Source: Candidatus Jordarchaeales archaeon (lineage in GTDB: Archaea; Asgardarchaeota; Jordiarchaeia; Jordiarchaeales; Freyrarchaeaceae). Taken from it: a stretch of 32,000 nucleotides of DNA. The stretch's first letter is position 1; each line of letters starts with the position of its first letter. Both the position numbers and the translations under genes were made by a program. Positions 8,900-18,094 of the stretch are shown here, one piece after another. Below the pieces are notes generated by a model, which had not been told where the DNA came from, searched no databases, and saw only the letters and a list, made by a program, of their open reading frames with translations. The stretch lies in assembly GCA_038858525.1 (NCBI GenBank), contig JAWCFL010000021.1:1-32000 (forward strand), given 5' to 3'.

Positions 8900-9930
8900 T
8901 ACAGCGCTTCTTTTTCTTATTATCAGGAGAAAATGAAGCTCTTTCTTGGGGAGAATGTAAGGCGTTGCTGGAGGCTAGCGGCTCCCCCTTTAAATTCTCA
9001 ACTTTAAAACAAGTTCTTATAGCTGAGACCACCTATGACTCCGCTCGCTTCGTTTTGGAGCGCGCCGCTATGTGCCACTATGGTTGCTTGCTCATCGCGA
9101 AATTACCTTTCTCACTCAAACAAATTTCTTCCGCTATTTCGTCGTATGAATCCGGCATTGCTTCAATAATTTCGTCCAGTGATTCGTTCGCCGTTAGAGT
9201 GCGTTGCGTTAAACCAACATTTCACAGAATTGATACATTAGCTCTTGAGAAGGTACTGGGGGAAACTGTGAGGAAGATCACTGGAGCAAAGGTAAATCTG
9301 GAAAATCCAAATAAACTTCTCATAGGAGTCCTAACAGAGGGTTGGTTCTTGTTCGGCTTATGTCTTGGCCGTTCCGCCCGGAAAAGTCTTGGGTTACGTT
9401 CCCTCCGTTACAGGCCTTTTATGACGCCTTCATCTATGACGCCTTACATTGCAAGGACAATGGTTAACTTATCCAGGGCAACTCCTCGTGACATTTTTTT
9501 GGACCCATTCTGCGGTAGTGGAAGTATACTTATCGAAGCAGCACTGGTCGGATGCCGCATCATAGGATGCGACATAGACCCAAGAATGGTTAATGGCGCC
9601 AAAGCTAACCTTACATATTACGGCTTAAATGGAGAACTAACGTTAAGTGACGCCCGTCACCTTCCTTTTTCATGCGCCGACAGGGTCGTGACGGATCCAC
9701 CCTATGGCCGTGCCGCGTCAACAAAGGGAATACCCCTCAAAAAACTTCTTCAAGGTTTTCTATCCTCTGTAGAAAGTGTGCTTGGCAAGAAAGGTTGGCT
9801 CTGCATGGCTTCTCCCTCAAATGTGGATGTAGAAAGCTACATGAATATGTATGGCTTCCAAGTAATCGAGACCTATCATATACGAGTTCATGAAAGTCTC
9901 ACGAGAAAAATAATTGTTTCTCGGAAATGA
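8896..9930 (+). CDS. trm11: tRNA (guanine10-N2)-methyltransferase, THUMP + Rossmann-fold methyltransferase
   Basis: THUMP (VNLENP), RPF..PSSM, LDPFCGSGSILIEA and VTDPPYGR motifs. Confidence 0.88.
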   Translation: MIQRFFFLLSGENEALSWGECKALLEASGSPFKFSTLKQVLIAETTYDSARFVLERAAMCHYGCLLIAKLPFSLKQISSAISSYESGIASIISSSDSFAVRVRCVKPTFHRIDTLALEKVLGETVRKITGAKVNLENPNKLLIGVLTEGWFLFGLCLGRSARKSLGLRSLRYRPFMTPSSMTPYIARTMVNLSRATPRDIFLDPFCGSGSILIEAALVGCRIIGCDIDPRMVNGAKANLTYYGLNGELTLSDARHLPFSCADRVVTDPPYGRAASTKGIPLKKLLQGFLSSVESVLGKKGWLCMASPSNVDVESYMNMYGFQVIETYHIRVHESLTRKIIVSRK

Positions 9931-9945
9931 GGCAGGTGCTATCCC

Positions 9946-10884
9946 TTGATAAGAGTAGTTTTCTTGGGTACGTCAGGTAGCGTTCCTACAAATCAAAGAA
10001 ACCTTCCCGCAATTGCACTGCGCCGTAACAAGGAGATACTCCTTTTCGACTGCGCAGAAGGTACGCAAAGACAAATGCTAAAGGCAGGGTTAAGTATAAG
10101 TCGAGTTTCGAGAATTTTTATATCGCATCTTCATGGAGACCACGTAATGGGGTTACCAGGAATAATTCAAACTCTTTCTCTCATGGAGAGAGAAACCCCT
10201 CTGCACGTTTACGGCCCCTCTAACCTCTCAGGCTTTATAGATTCCCTTGTAGAACACTTAGAGTTCGCCGCCTCTTTTGAGATTTGCGTCCACAGCGCTC
10301 ATCCAGGAATCATTTTTGAATCCTCCGACTATCTTGTCAAGTGCGAACGAGTCGACCATGGTCTAGTTGAAGCCTACGCTTACGCCTTTGAAGAGAAACC
10401 TAGACCTGGAAAGTTTCATCCTGAAAAAGCCATTACGTTAGGTGTACCTATTGGTCCTCTCTGGAAGCAACTTCAGTTAGGGAAAAGCGTGTCTTTGAAA
10501 GATGGACGCGTAGTATACCCTGAAGAAGTCGTGGAGCCTCCAAAGTTAGGAAGAAAAATCGTTTATTCTGGGGACACCGCCCCTTGTCAGTCTCTCCTCA
10601 GAATGAGTAGCTTTGCAGATGTTCTAATACACGAGAGCACGTTTGACCAGAGTCTTGAAGGTAAAGCCATTGAGACGAAACATTCGACAAGCACGCAAGC
10701 TGCGCTGGTTGCCCGCGAAGCAAATGTTAAACTCCTCGTACTAACACACATCAGCTCAAGGTATACTGATCCGAACGTGCTACTTCAGCAAGCAAAAGAA
10801 ATTTTCGCCAACACAATAATCGCTCAAGACTTCACAGAGGTACTTATAGACTTGGAAGGCTGCATAAAAATAATTTCTCCTTAA
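9946..10884 (+). CDS. rnz: Ribonuclease Z (tRNA 3'-end processing)
   Basis: FLGTSGSVP, HLHGDH (HxHxDH), exosite G-V-P-x-G-P, YSGDT, HEST and LTHISSRY motifs. Confidence 0.96.
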   Translation: MIRVVFLGTSGSVPTNQRNLPAIALRRNKEILLFDCAEGTQRQMLKAGLSISRVSRIFISHLHGDHVMGLPGIIQTLSLMERETPLHVYGPSNLSGFIDSLVEHLEFAASFEICVHSAHPGIIFESSDYLVKCERVDHGLVEAYAYAFEEKPRPGKFHPEKAITLGVPIGPLWKQLQLGKSVSLKDGRVVYPEEVVEPPKLGRKIVYSGDTAPCQSLLRMSSFADVLIHESTFDQSLEGKAIETKHSTSTQAALVAREANVKLLVLTHISSRYTDPNVLLQQAKEIFANTIIAQDFTEVLIDLEGCIKIISP

Positions 10885-11008
10885 TAGCGAGAAAACTCAT
10901 AAACCTCCTAGAAAAGAACAGCTTAAATCTACTTTTAGAAACAACGTCTTTCTAAGGAGTTTTATTTAAACTGCACCAGTACTTCGTTTTTTATTTCTTT
11001 CGTGACGG

Positions 11009-11437
11009 TTAAGCGTCAGTGGGTGGTGCTGCCTCCTGCGGCTTCCCGTTTATTGTAGGTGGACAGAGCCACTCAACTACTTCATCTATCTTACTGCTTT
11101 TTATTGTTACCTTTATTGCTCCCATTGGTGACTCTCTTTCAGGGGCGCAGAAATGTACCTTTCCCACGTATGCCGCCTGCTTGTTCAGAAAAAAAGTTAG
11201 CTCGTCCCCTTTAATTCCCTTCTTTAAAATTCCTCTTGCTGCTTCGACAATGTATTGTCCACGCAGTTTTTCATAGAGTTGCCGTAGATGCTCTAACCCC
11301 TCCGCCTCACCAACCATCTTCTTGTCTTCACCTTCTCCGAAAACTTGGTAATCAACGTTCAAAACGTTCTTTAGTGCCCTCACAACTTTATCCGGGTCCT
11401 CTGTCGGCTTTAAGGGCGTCTCCACTCTTATTTTCAT
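11009..11437 (-). CDS. UPF0201/DUF54 family putative RNA-binding protein
   Basis: PTEDPDKVxxAL, LNKQAAYVGKV and SPMGAI motifs; follows a UPF0200 gene, as is usual. Confidence 0.85.
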   Translation of the reverse strand: MKIRVETPLKPTEDPDKVVRALKNVLNVDYQVFGEGEDKKMVGEAEGLEHLRQLYEKLRGQYIVEAARGILKKGIKGDELTFFLNKQAAYVGKVHFCAPERESPMGAIKVTIKSSKIDEVVEWLCPPTINGKPQEAAPPTDA

Positions 11438-11981
11438 TTATTATCCTCCCAAGAATCTCCTTCACCTTTGCTTTAAACTCCTCTATTCTTCCTTCATTAA
11501 CTATCATGTAATCTGCCAAAGCTAGGGCAGCTCCTACACCTACTTGCAGCTCCCTCTCGTCTCTTTCAATAAAATGCTTTATCGTTTTAGGGTCATCCTC
11601 TCTCCCCCTCGCCGCCAACCTTTTTAAACGAGTTTTTGGAGACGCATAAACACCGATTAACACAAAGTCCGAGTATCCCTCTTTAAACGCTTTGACTTCA
11701 GCTAAACTCCGCACCCCCTCCACAACAACCACATCTGAATCCTTCGCATCTATTTTTGACATGCATTTCCTTGCCACTACGTCTTCACCCTCTTCCTCCC
11801 TAATTTTAATCATAATCCTCCCTATGTTTTCTGGGGACGGTGGAATCCCTTGTAGAGCCGCCACTTCACGTATGACGTCTCCCATAGAAACCACAGGTAG
11901 CCCTTCATTCCTCGCCACCTGCGCTGCAACACTTTTTCCACTGCCAGGCATACCGACTATACCTATCACCTTTTTTTTCAA
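11388..11981 (-). CDS. UPF0200 family P-loop NTPase (dephospho-CoA-kinase-like)
   Basis: GMPGSGKS Walker A, SMGDVIRE, EGVRSLAEV, RGREDD and RDERE motifs; TTG start; 3' end overlaps the DUF54 gene by 50 nt. Confidence 0.85.
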   Translation of the reverse strand: MKKKVIGIVGMPGSGKSVAAQVARNEGLPVVSMGDVIREVAALQGIPPSPENIGRIMIKIREEEGEDVVARKCMSKIDAKDSDVVVVEGVRSLAEVKAFKEGYSDFVLIGVYASPKTRLKRLAARGREDDPKTIKHFIERDERELQVGVGAALALADYMIVNEGRIEEFKAKVKEILGRIINENKSGDALKADRGPG

Positions 11982-12004
11982 TGCCTCCCACCCGGGGGTT
12001 TACA

Positions 12005-13138
12005 TTAAACAAATAAATGCTCTACGCCCACAACTTTACCCGGGCTTTTCAAAATTTCCTTCAAAACTTCTTCTATTATACCTTGATCTATGACATTCCC
12101 TCCCTTTATGAGGACCCTATGAAAAGCTGTTTTGAGCAACTTCTCCTTTAAGTCTCTCCCGGAAAATCCCTCAGTCATCATAGCTATCCTGTTAAAATCG
12201 CACTCGACTCTTATAGGAATCTTTTTGGCATACATTTCAAGAATTTGTCTCCGCTCCTCCACGCTAGGCAGAGTAAATTCTATCTCCTCTTCAAATCTGC
12301 TTCTGAGAGCAGAGTCGAGAAGCATCATATTATTTGTGGCTCCAATACAAACAACTCCAGAGGTTAGCTCAAGTCCATCTATTTCCGCGAGAAGCGCATT
12401 AACAACTTCTGTAACATCCCCCCTCACACTTTGAAACCGTCTGTCTAACCCTATAGCGTCTATTTCGTCTAAGTAAATCACACTCGGAGCGGCATCCCTT
12501 GCTCTCCTAAAAAGCTTACCAATTTTACTGGCGGCATCACCTACATGTGTTCCTATGAGCTCAGGAGACTTAACAAAGAAAAACTCCGCGCCAGTTTCAT
12601 TTGCTAATGCCTGAGCAGTCATGGTTTTTCCTGTTCCTGAAGGACCATAGAAAAGAACGGCTTTGGGCGCCCACTCTCCGAAGTTCTCTGGCTGTTCCAG
12701 ATATCTCTTTATGATAAGACATTTCTCCTTAGCTCTCTTCTGCCCAACTACATCTGCAAGCGTAACTTTAGGTAACTTAATAGCGCGTCGCTCAGCCTTC
12801 TTAATAACTTTAAATATTGTCTTACCGGTAATTTGGCCTTCGCTGGGTATCATGTCTGTTATTTTAAATGCGAAATCGGGGAAAAGAGACCTGTCAAAAA
12901 GCAAGTCCCCCTTTCTAATGTAAAGTCCATCCCACTGCTCTCTAGCATAGGCCTGGAAAACCTCCGGATTATCCACGACTAAAGTAGTCTCTTTTTCCTC
13001 CCCTACTTCTCTTAGAGGGTATCCTAATGGTTCCAATTCCACTATAGCTGCTTGCTTCCACCTTTCCTCGCTCCTCCTACGTCTCCCCGGACTTGTCTTC
13101 TTATATAATTTCTCTTCCTCTATTTCCTCTTTAACCAT
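12005..13138 (-). CDS. AAA+ ATPase with beta-clam-like N-domain (AMA-type)
   Basis: AREQW/LFD N-domain motif, Walker A GPSGTGKT, Walker B IYLDE, DRRFQSVRGD and SRH ATN...SRFEEE; immediately downstream of dnaG. Confidence 0.85.
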   Translation of the reverse strand: MVKEEIEEEKLYKKTSPGRRRRSEERWKQAAIVELEPLGYPLREVGEEKETTLVVDNPEVFQAYAREQWDGLYIRKGDLLFDRSLFPDFAFKITDMIPSEGQITGKTIFKVIKKAERRAIKLPKVTLADVVGQKRAKEKCLIIKRYLEQPENFGEWAPKAVLFYGPSGTGKTMTAQALANETGAEFFFVKSPELIGTHVGDAASKIGKLFRRARDAAPSVIYLDEIDAIGLDRRFQSVRGDVTEVVNALLAEIDGLELTSGVVCIGATNNMMLLDSALRSRFEEEIEFTLPSVEERRQILEMYAKKIPIRVECDFNRIAMMTEGFSGRDLKEKLLKTAFHRVLIKGGNVIDQGIIEEVLKEILKSPGKVVGVEHLFV

Positions 13139-13141
13139 TCT

Positions 13142-14360
13142 TTACCCCTCTCGTTCCATTATCTCGCTGAACTCTAACACTTTAAGCTCAGGTGGTTTTT
13201 TAACTATGTTTTCTTGGCGTACCCCTACAATCCATTTTACTCCCTTCTCCTGCGAGATATCAATGAGTCTTTGTGTCACTATACCATCTAAAATTACGGC
13301 TCCAACTTTCTCATTGAAGCTTCGAAGGAAATCTGCGAGCTCTGATACGTCGACTTCAGCCATCATGTTAAGTGCCTCCCCCAGGATCCTCGCCTTACCC
13401 GAGCCGAAAACTGCATTTGAATGATCAGTTATCTCCTGCGGAACCTTAGTTGCTTTTTTAATTATCTGCACTTTCTTTTCTTCACGCTTCTTCCAGCTCT
13501 CGTGTTCAGCGATTTGCTCGACGGGAACCTTATTGCTCAAGGCCTTCATAATCTCCTTAAATGTAAGCTCTTCAACTTCGCGGCCGGGAGGCGCCCTCGC
13601 CACATAGTCTATTTCTGCAATTTGCAGCAACTCCTTTAAGATTAAGTCACCACCTCTATCACCATCTAAGAAGGCTGTAACGGTCTTTCTCTTGCTAAGT
13701 TCAACGATAGTTCTAGGAACACTTGTTCCCTCCACCGCTATAACGTTCTTAAAACCATACTTTAGCATGTTCAAGACGTCAGCTCTACCCTCAACTACGA
13801 TGATCTCATCCGCTGAATCTATTTCTGGCCCGGCGGGTAACCCCTCCTTTCCATACTTACAGATTTCCTCGACTCTTGCCGCTTCAATGACTTTATTAAT
13901 TATTTGTTCAGTTTCAGGGGAAACCTCCTCAGACCATCTTCTGAGAATTTCAATAGCTCGTTCGACGATCCTCTTACGCTTACTTTCTCTTACATCCTCT
14001 ATGGACTCAAAGGTTACTTTAGCACTGCATGGACCAATTCTATCAATGGTTTCAAGTGCCGCCGCAAGAATAGCTGTCTCAACCTTATCAAGACTCGAAG
14101 GGATAAATATCTCCCCTACAGCTTTTCCTCCATGCGTCTCAATCTCTGCCTTTATTCGCCCTATCCTACCCGTACGTTGGAGCTCCCTTAAGTCCATCTC
14201 GTCGCCGAGAAGCCCCTCCAATTTGCCTACGTGAGCCCTCAGCTCTACGTAATTGGCCGAAAATCGCACCTATAACATCAGGCTTCTCGACGACACCATT
14301 TACCTCTATTTTAGCTTTTATAATATATTTTATCGTGCCAACATCATTTCGGTTAGCCAT
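13142..14360 (-). CDS. dnaG: Archaeal DnaG (primase family, exosome-associated), spliced gene join(14360..14253,14221..13142), 395 aa
   Basis: The N-terminus KYIIKAKIEVNGVVEKPDVIGAIFGQ is in one frame and EGLLGDEMDLRELQRTGRIGRI in another; removing 31 nt gives FGQLEGLLG. TOPRIM motifs VEGRADV and DGDRGG. GGAGGTGA SD upstream of ATG 14360. Confidence 0.88.
14222..14252 (-). other. 31-nt relaxed-BHB mRNA intron in dnaG
   Basis: Minus strand reads GGCC-AA|T-TACGTAGAGC-TGAGG-GCTCACGTA-GGCA-AA|T. Inner hairpin is 5+4 bp, the central helix is GGCC/GGCA (3 WC pairs + G.A) and both 3-nt bulges are AAT. BHB-rule cuts restore the frame. Confidence 0.8.
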
Positions 14361-14454
14361 ATGAACATCACCTCCAAATTCATCCGCATTGAAGTTAAAT
14401 GGTAACTGGGTATTGCAAGTTAATGTGCACACTCCTTATTTACTTCCAAGGTTT

Positions 14455-14886
14455 TCATGTTACTAATTCCAAATTTGCTTTTTCAAATAAATTAACATTC
14501 TCCCTTCTCGTGTTTTCAGCTTTAAAGTAAAGTTTAGCAAATCCCTCTACGCATGGCGTTACATGTGCCTTTAACTTTCTTATTTTTCCTCTAAAGTATA
14601 CTGTCAATTTATCGTTTTCCACTCTATAGGATAGTATCGTCTCCGCTAATCTCTCTCCTTCTTCATCAAAGTCCGTTAAAACTATCACCTCTCTTCCTCT
14701 GCTCTTCTCAGCTATTTCATGCAACCTTGCTCCTGAAACAGTTACTATCGGTCCGCTAAATCCTATTCTCCTTAAACTAGCCTCATCCCTCTTTCCTTCA
14801 ACTATGAGCGGGACTCCATTATTCGAGTATTCTTTCATTTCATCCAATATCTCCCTGAACATCTCCAGTATGTCCTCATTCACCAA
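14455..14886 (-). CDS. Stand-alone small TOPRIM-domain protein
   Basis: LIVEGKRD and VIVLTDFDEEG TOPRIM motifs; upstream of dnaG. Confidence 0.85.
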   Translation of the reverse strand: MVNEDILEMFREILDEMKEYSNNGVPLIVEGKRDEASLRRIGFSGPIVTVSGARLHEIAEKSRGREVIVLTDFDEEGERLAETILSYRVENDKLTVYFRGKIRKLKAHVTPCVEGFAKLYFKAENTRRENVNLFEKANLELVT

Positions 14887-15024
14887 GCTTATCCTTTCCC
14901 CTCTTATCCAAAGACTTAAAGGAACTTCGACTTTAACTCTGAGAGAATATTTTCTCCTAAATTATTTTAAACATAGCGCTTTGTAAAGAGGCGTCTTCAA
15001 AGCCGTAATAATTAACTCTCCTCT

Positions 15025-15058
15025 TAAGATAAAGGAAACTTTTTATTCCTTTATCTTA
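15025..15058. promoter_or_regulatory. Perfect 13-bp inverted repeat enclosing a TATA-like spacer in the divergent toprim/hflX intergenic region
   Basis: TAAGATAAAGGAA (15025-37) + ACTTTTTA + TTCCTTTATCTTA (15046-58). Confidence 0.4.
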
Positions 15059-15136
15059 TCTTCCGTTTATAGTGTAAGGGTGGTGTGAAAGATTACGTGG
15101 AAAACGCAAGATTATAATAAACGGGCAGTTTTATGC

Positions 15137-16300
15137 ATGCTAAAGACTAATCCTCATGATCACACGCTCTTCAAGATTTACTTAGATGAACTTGAAAGAT
15201 TAAGTGTTAGTGCCGGTTTTCATGTCGTTGATAGGATTATTCAGACTAGAATTAAGCCTAAGACTAATTTTTTGATTGGTAGCGGAAAAGTAAAGGAGCT
15301 TAAAGAACTCGTTAAGGCAAAGAACGTTGACTACGTTATTTTTTATAATTCCCTCTCCAGCAAGCAGAAGCTTTCCCTCTCTATAGAACTGGAATGCGAA
15401 GTCATAGACCGCTATGAGCTCACCCTGATGATCTTCGAGAAATCCGCACAAGACATCGTTTCAAAGTTACAGATAGAGTACGCCTGGCTTCGTAAACTCG
15501 CGCCTCTCTTTAAGCTTGAAGCCTCGATTAAATATAAAGGAGAACATCCGTTTTTCCGCTCCATGGGCGAGTATGCTTTTCATAGAAAACTTAACATAAT
15601 TAAAAGGAAGGAAAAAGCAATTAAACTTTCCATCGAAAAGCTTGTATGGGAGCGTCGCCGACAAATAGATGAGCGCAAAAAGCATGGTATACCGACAATA
15701 GTTTTGGCTGGTATGTACAACGCTGGAAAAACGGCACTCTTTAACGCTATCTGCGGATGCAACAAGCCAGTCTCTGACTCGCCTTTCACCACTCTTTCAA
15801 GCAAATACCAGCTAACTGAGACAGAGTCGCAGAAAATGTTTTTTGTGGATACTATAGGGTTCGTTATAGATCTAGACCCGATGCTTATTGAATCATTTAA
15901 GTTAAATCTTCTCGACCTAAAATCTGCCGACATGGTTGTCCTTTTAGTTGCTTTAGACGACCCACTAGAAATTATTAAACTCAAATTCAAGGAGGCAATT
16001 AGAATCCTCAGGAATATAGGTGTTGAGGAAAAACGAATAGTCATTGCGCTAAGCAAAGCCGACTTAGTTGACGAAGAGAAACGCACTGCAATACCTCTCT
16101 ATCTTACTCCTCTCCTAGGCGAGTTCGAGTGGTGCTTCGTTTCTGCTAAAGAAAAAGATTATTCATCTTTGTTTTCTATAATCACGAAAAAGTTACAGGA
16201 GCTAAGTCGCCCACAAAGCCCTCCTCAAATGCACCCTTGTCTGCCTTCAGGCGTGTCGTCTAGCCCTTTAATCATGAATACTGAAGGAAGTCTTTATTAA
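15137..16300 (+). CDS. hflX: HflX-family GTPase (divergent; true start probably further upstream)
   Basis: IGSGKVKEL, VIDRYELTLMIF, SKLQIEYA, G1 GMYNAGKT, G2 FTTL and G3 DTIGF; G4 reads SKAD instead of NKxD. Confidence 0.82.
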   Translation: MLKTNPHDHTLFKIYLDELERLSVSAGFHVVDRIIQTRIKPKTNFLIGSGKVKELKELVKAKNVDYVIFYNSLSSKQKLSLSIELECEVIDRYELTLMIFEKSAQDIVSKLQIEYAWLRKLAPLFKLEASIKYKGEHPFFRSMGEYAFHRKLNIIKRKEKAIKLSIEKLVWERRRQIDERKKHGIPTIVLAGMYNAGKTALFNAICGCNKPVSDSPFTTLSSKYQLTETESQKMFFVDTIGFVIDLDPMLIESFKLNLLDLKSADMVVLLVALDDPLEIIKLKFKEAIRILRNIGVEEKRIVIALSKADLVDEEKRTAIPLYLTPLLGEFEWCFVSAKEKDYSSLFSIITKKLQELSRPQSPPQMHPCLPSGVSSSPLIMNTEGSLY

Positions 16301-16379
16301 AGTAGTGTGTTCATTTACCCTCGTGCTTTTCACGCTCAAACCATTGAAGAATTGTTACTTCACGTTTGAGGTGGTAACT

Positions 16380-18017
16380 TTGAGTAAAGAGTCTTTCCGG
16401 CACTGGGTTGACGATACTGTGAACGGTCTGCTCAGTTATTGGGGAAACGTTAAGTGTTACGTTTGCAATTGTGGTCTCTCAGTTTCAGGATTACAACATA
16501 TAGGTCGATTAAGAGGCGAAGTAATTCTCACAAACACCGTTAAGGAAGAGCTGCAACGTAGAGGTCATGAAGCAAAACACTTCCTTGTACTCTATACCCA
16601 AGACCAATGGAAAGGCAAGGAATCTCAGATTGAGGTTTTTTCGGATAGGGAATTTGCAAAGTCACTGGTCGGGCGGCGTTTAGTGGACGTTCCCGATCCT
16701 CAAGATTGTCATGGTAGCTGGGTTGAACATTTCTGGGAGCCGTTCGGTAAGTACCTTGACGAGTTCGCCGTTGATGTGAACGTCATATCCACAACAGAGC
16801 TTTACAAAAGAGACGAAGTAAAGTCGCTAGTTAAAGAAGTATTTCTGCGACCGGATGAAATTAGAGGACTAATTAACAAGTATAGAGGACGAAAACCGTA
16901 CCCTGACGGATGGATTCCCTTTGAACCATTATGTAACAACTGTAAAGTAATAGGCGGTCATAGAATTTTGCGGTTCGATCTTTCCTCTTATACTGTTGAA
17001 TATGAATGTGGTAATTGTGGGGAGCGTGGTTGGTCTAATATAGAAGATGGAAAGCTTAACTGGAGAGTGGAGTGGGCTGCCCTATGGGTAGCTTTAGGCG
17101 TCAACTTTGAACCTTACGGAAAAGATCACGCAACTCCAGGCGGCTCAAGAGACAGCTGTGTTGAAATAGTTCAGAAATTTTTCGGGAAAAGACCCCCCTA
17201 CGGTATGCCTTACGAATGGGTTGCCTTAGCTTATGGCGGAAAAGAAATAGGAGATATGGGCTCCAGTGACTTTATGGGGATTACACCTGAAGATTGGCTT
17301 CTGGTAGCTGAACCAGAGGTCCTCAGATATCTTTGTCTAAAAAACAAACCTATGAGAAGAATGGTCATAGATCCCACAAAGGTTCCGGACTACTCTGACA
17401 TCTATGACCACGCGGAACGGGTTTTTTATGGATTTGAGGAAGTGGAACAGGAAAAGGAGCGTTTCGAGATAATAAGAAGCTATGAGTTGTCTCAATTAAA
17501 ACCTCCCCCAGAGGAGATGCCTGTTCAACTTAAGTACGGGCATGCTGTAACTCTCGTCCAGGTGCTACCTAAAGACACTCCTCTCCAAAGCGCTATTAAG
17601 CGTCTTAAGAGCACTGGCCTAGTTAGGAAGGACCAGCTTAGCAGCCTAGACATTAAGCGAATTGAAAACCGCCTTAAAAAGGCGAAAAACTGGGTTATAA
17701 AGTATGCTCCGGAAAACTTAAGAATACAGATACTCGATCATGTGCCTCCTGAAATCAAGAAATCCCTTTCAGATGAACAAAAAACTGCGCTGAAAGCGAT
17801 CTCTCGTTTGCTTTTATCTAAAAAATTCACCGAGGAGGAATTGGAGCAGGAGCTTTACCGAATAGCTAAAGAGGAAAGTGGATTAGGCTCCCGCGCATTC
17901 TTTAAGACTATCTACTTGGTCTTGCTTGGTAAGGAACAAGGTCCAAGGCTTGCCCCCTTTCTATTGCTCCTAGAAAGAGAGTGGCTTATAAGTAGACTCG
18001 AAGAGGTTGCAGAGTAA
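16380..18017 (+). CDS. lysS: Class I lysyl-tRNA synthetase
   Basis: SGLQHIGRLRGE, KLNWRVEWAALW, EPYGKDH and GPRLAPF motifs. Start moved to TTG 16380 after a GAGGTG SD. Confidence 0.95.
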   Translation: MSKESFRHWVDDTVNGLLSYWGNVKCYVCNCGLSVSGLQHIGRLRGEVILTNTVKEELQRRGHEAKHFLVLYTQDQWKGKESQIEVFSDREFAKSLVGRRLVDVPDPQDCHGSWVEHFWEPFGKYLDEFAVDVNVISTTELYKRDEVKSLVKEVFLRPDEIRGLINKYRGRKPYPDGWIPFEPLCNNCKVIGGHRILRFDLSSYTVEYECGNCGERGWSNIEDGKLNWRVEWAALWVALGVNFEPYGKDHATPGGSRDSCVEIVQKFFGKRPPYGMPYEWVALAYGGKEIGDMGSSDFMGITPEDWLLVAEPEVLRYLCLKNKPMRRMVIDPTKVPDYSDIYDHAERVFYGFEEVEQEKERFEIIRSYELSQLKPPPEEMPVQLKYGHAVTLVQVLPKDTPLQSAIKRLKSTGLVRKDQLSSLDIKRIENRLKKAKNWVIKYAPENLRIQILDHVPPEIKKSLSDEQKTALKAISRLLLSKKFTEEELEQELYRIAKEESGLGSRAFFKTIYLVLLGKEQGPRLAPFLLLLEREWLISRLEEVAE

Positions 18018-18094
18018 TTTTAAATTAGCCGGAATCATTTATAAATTCAACATTTTTTCTTTTTGTTTAGGATTTTAGGTAGGGGGTTCATTAA

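Noticed and set aside
11388-11437. 50-nt overlap of UPF0200 with DUF54 (and the 83-nt DUF3194/DHH overlap) as signs of further introns
   Set aside because: Both proteins in each pair are complete, the overlaps are just C-terminal tails, and no BHB was seen.
13142-14432. ORF-track starts at 14269 and 14432 as separate proteins
   Set aside because: Both are artefacts of the intron. The SD-supported ATG is at 14360 and homology switches frame at the hairpin.
15063-15136. A third mRNA BHB intron at the 5' end of hflX
   Set aside because: The registers I tried (CGT/ACG stem; CCGTTTAT/ATAAACGG outer stem) gave no 4-bp central helix with 3-nt bulges that restored a frame.
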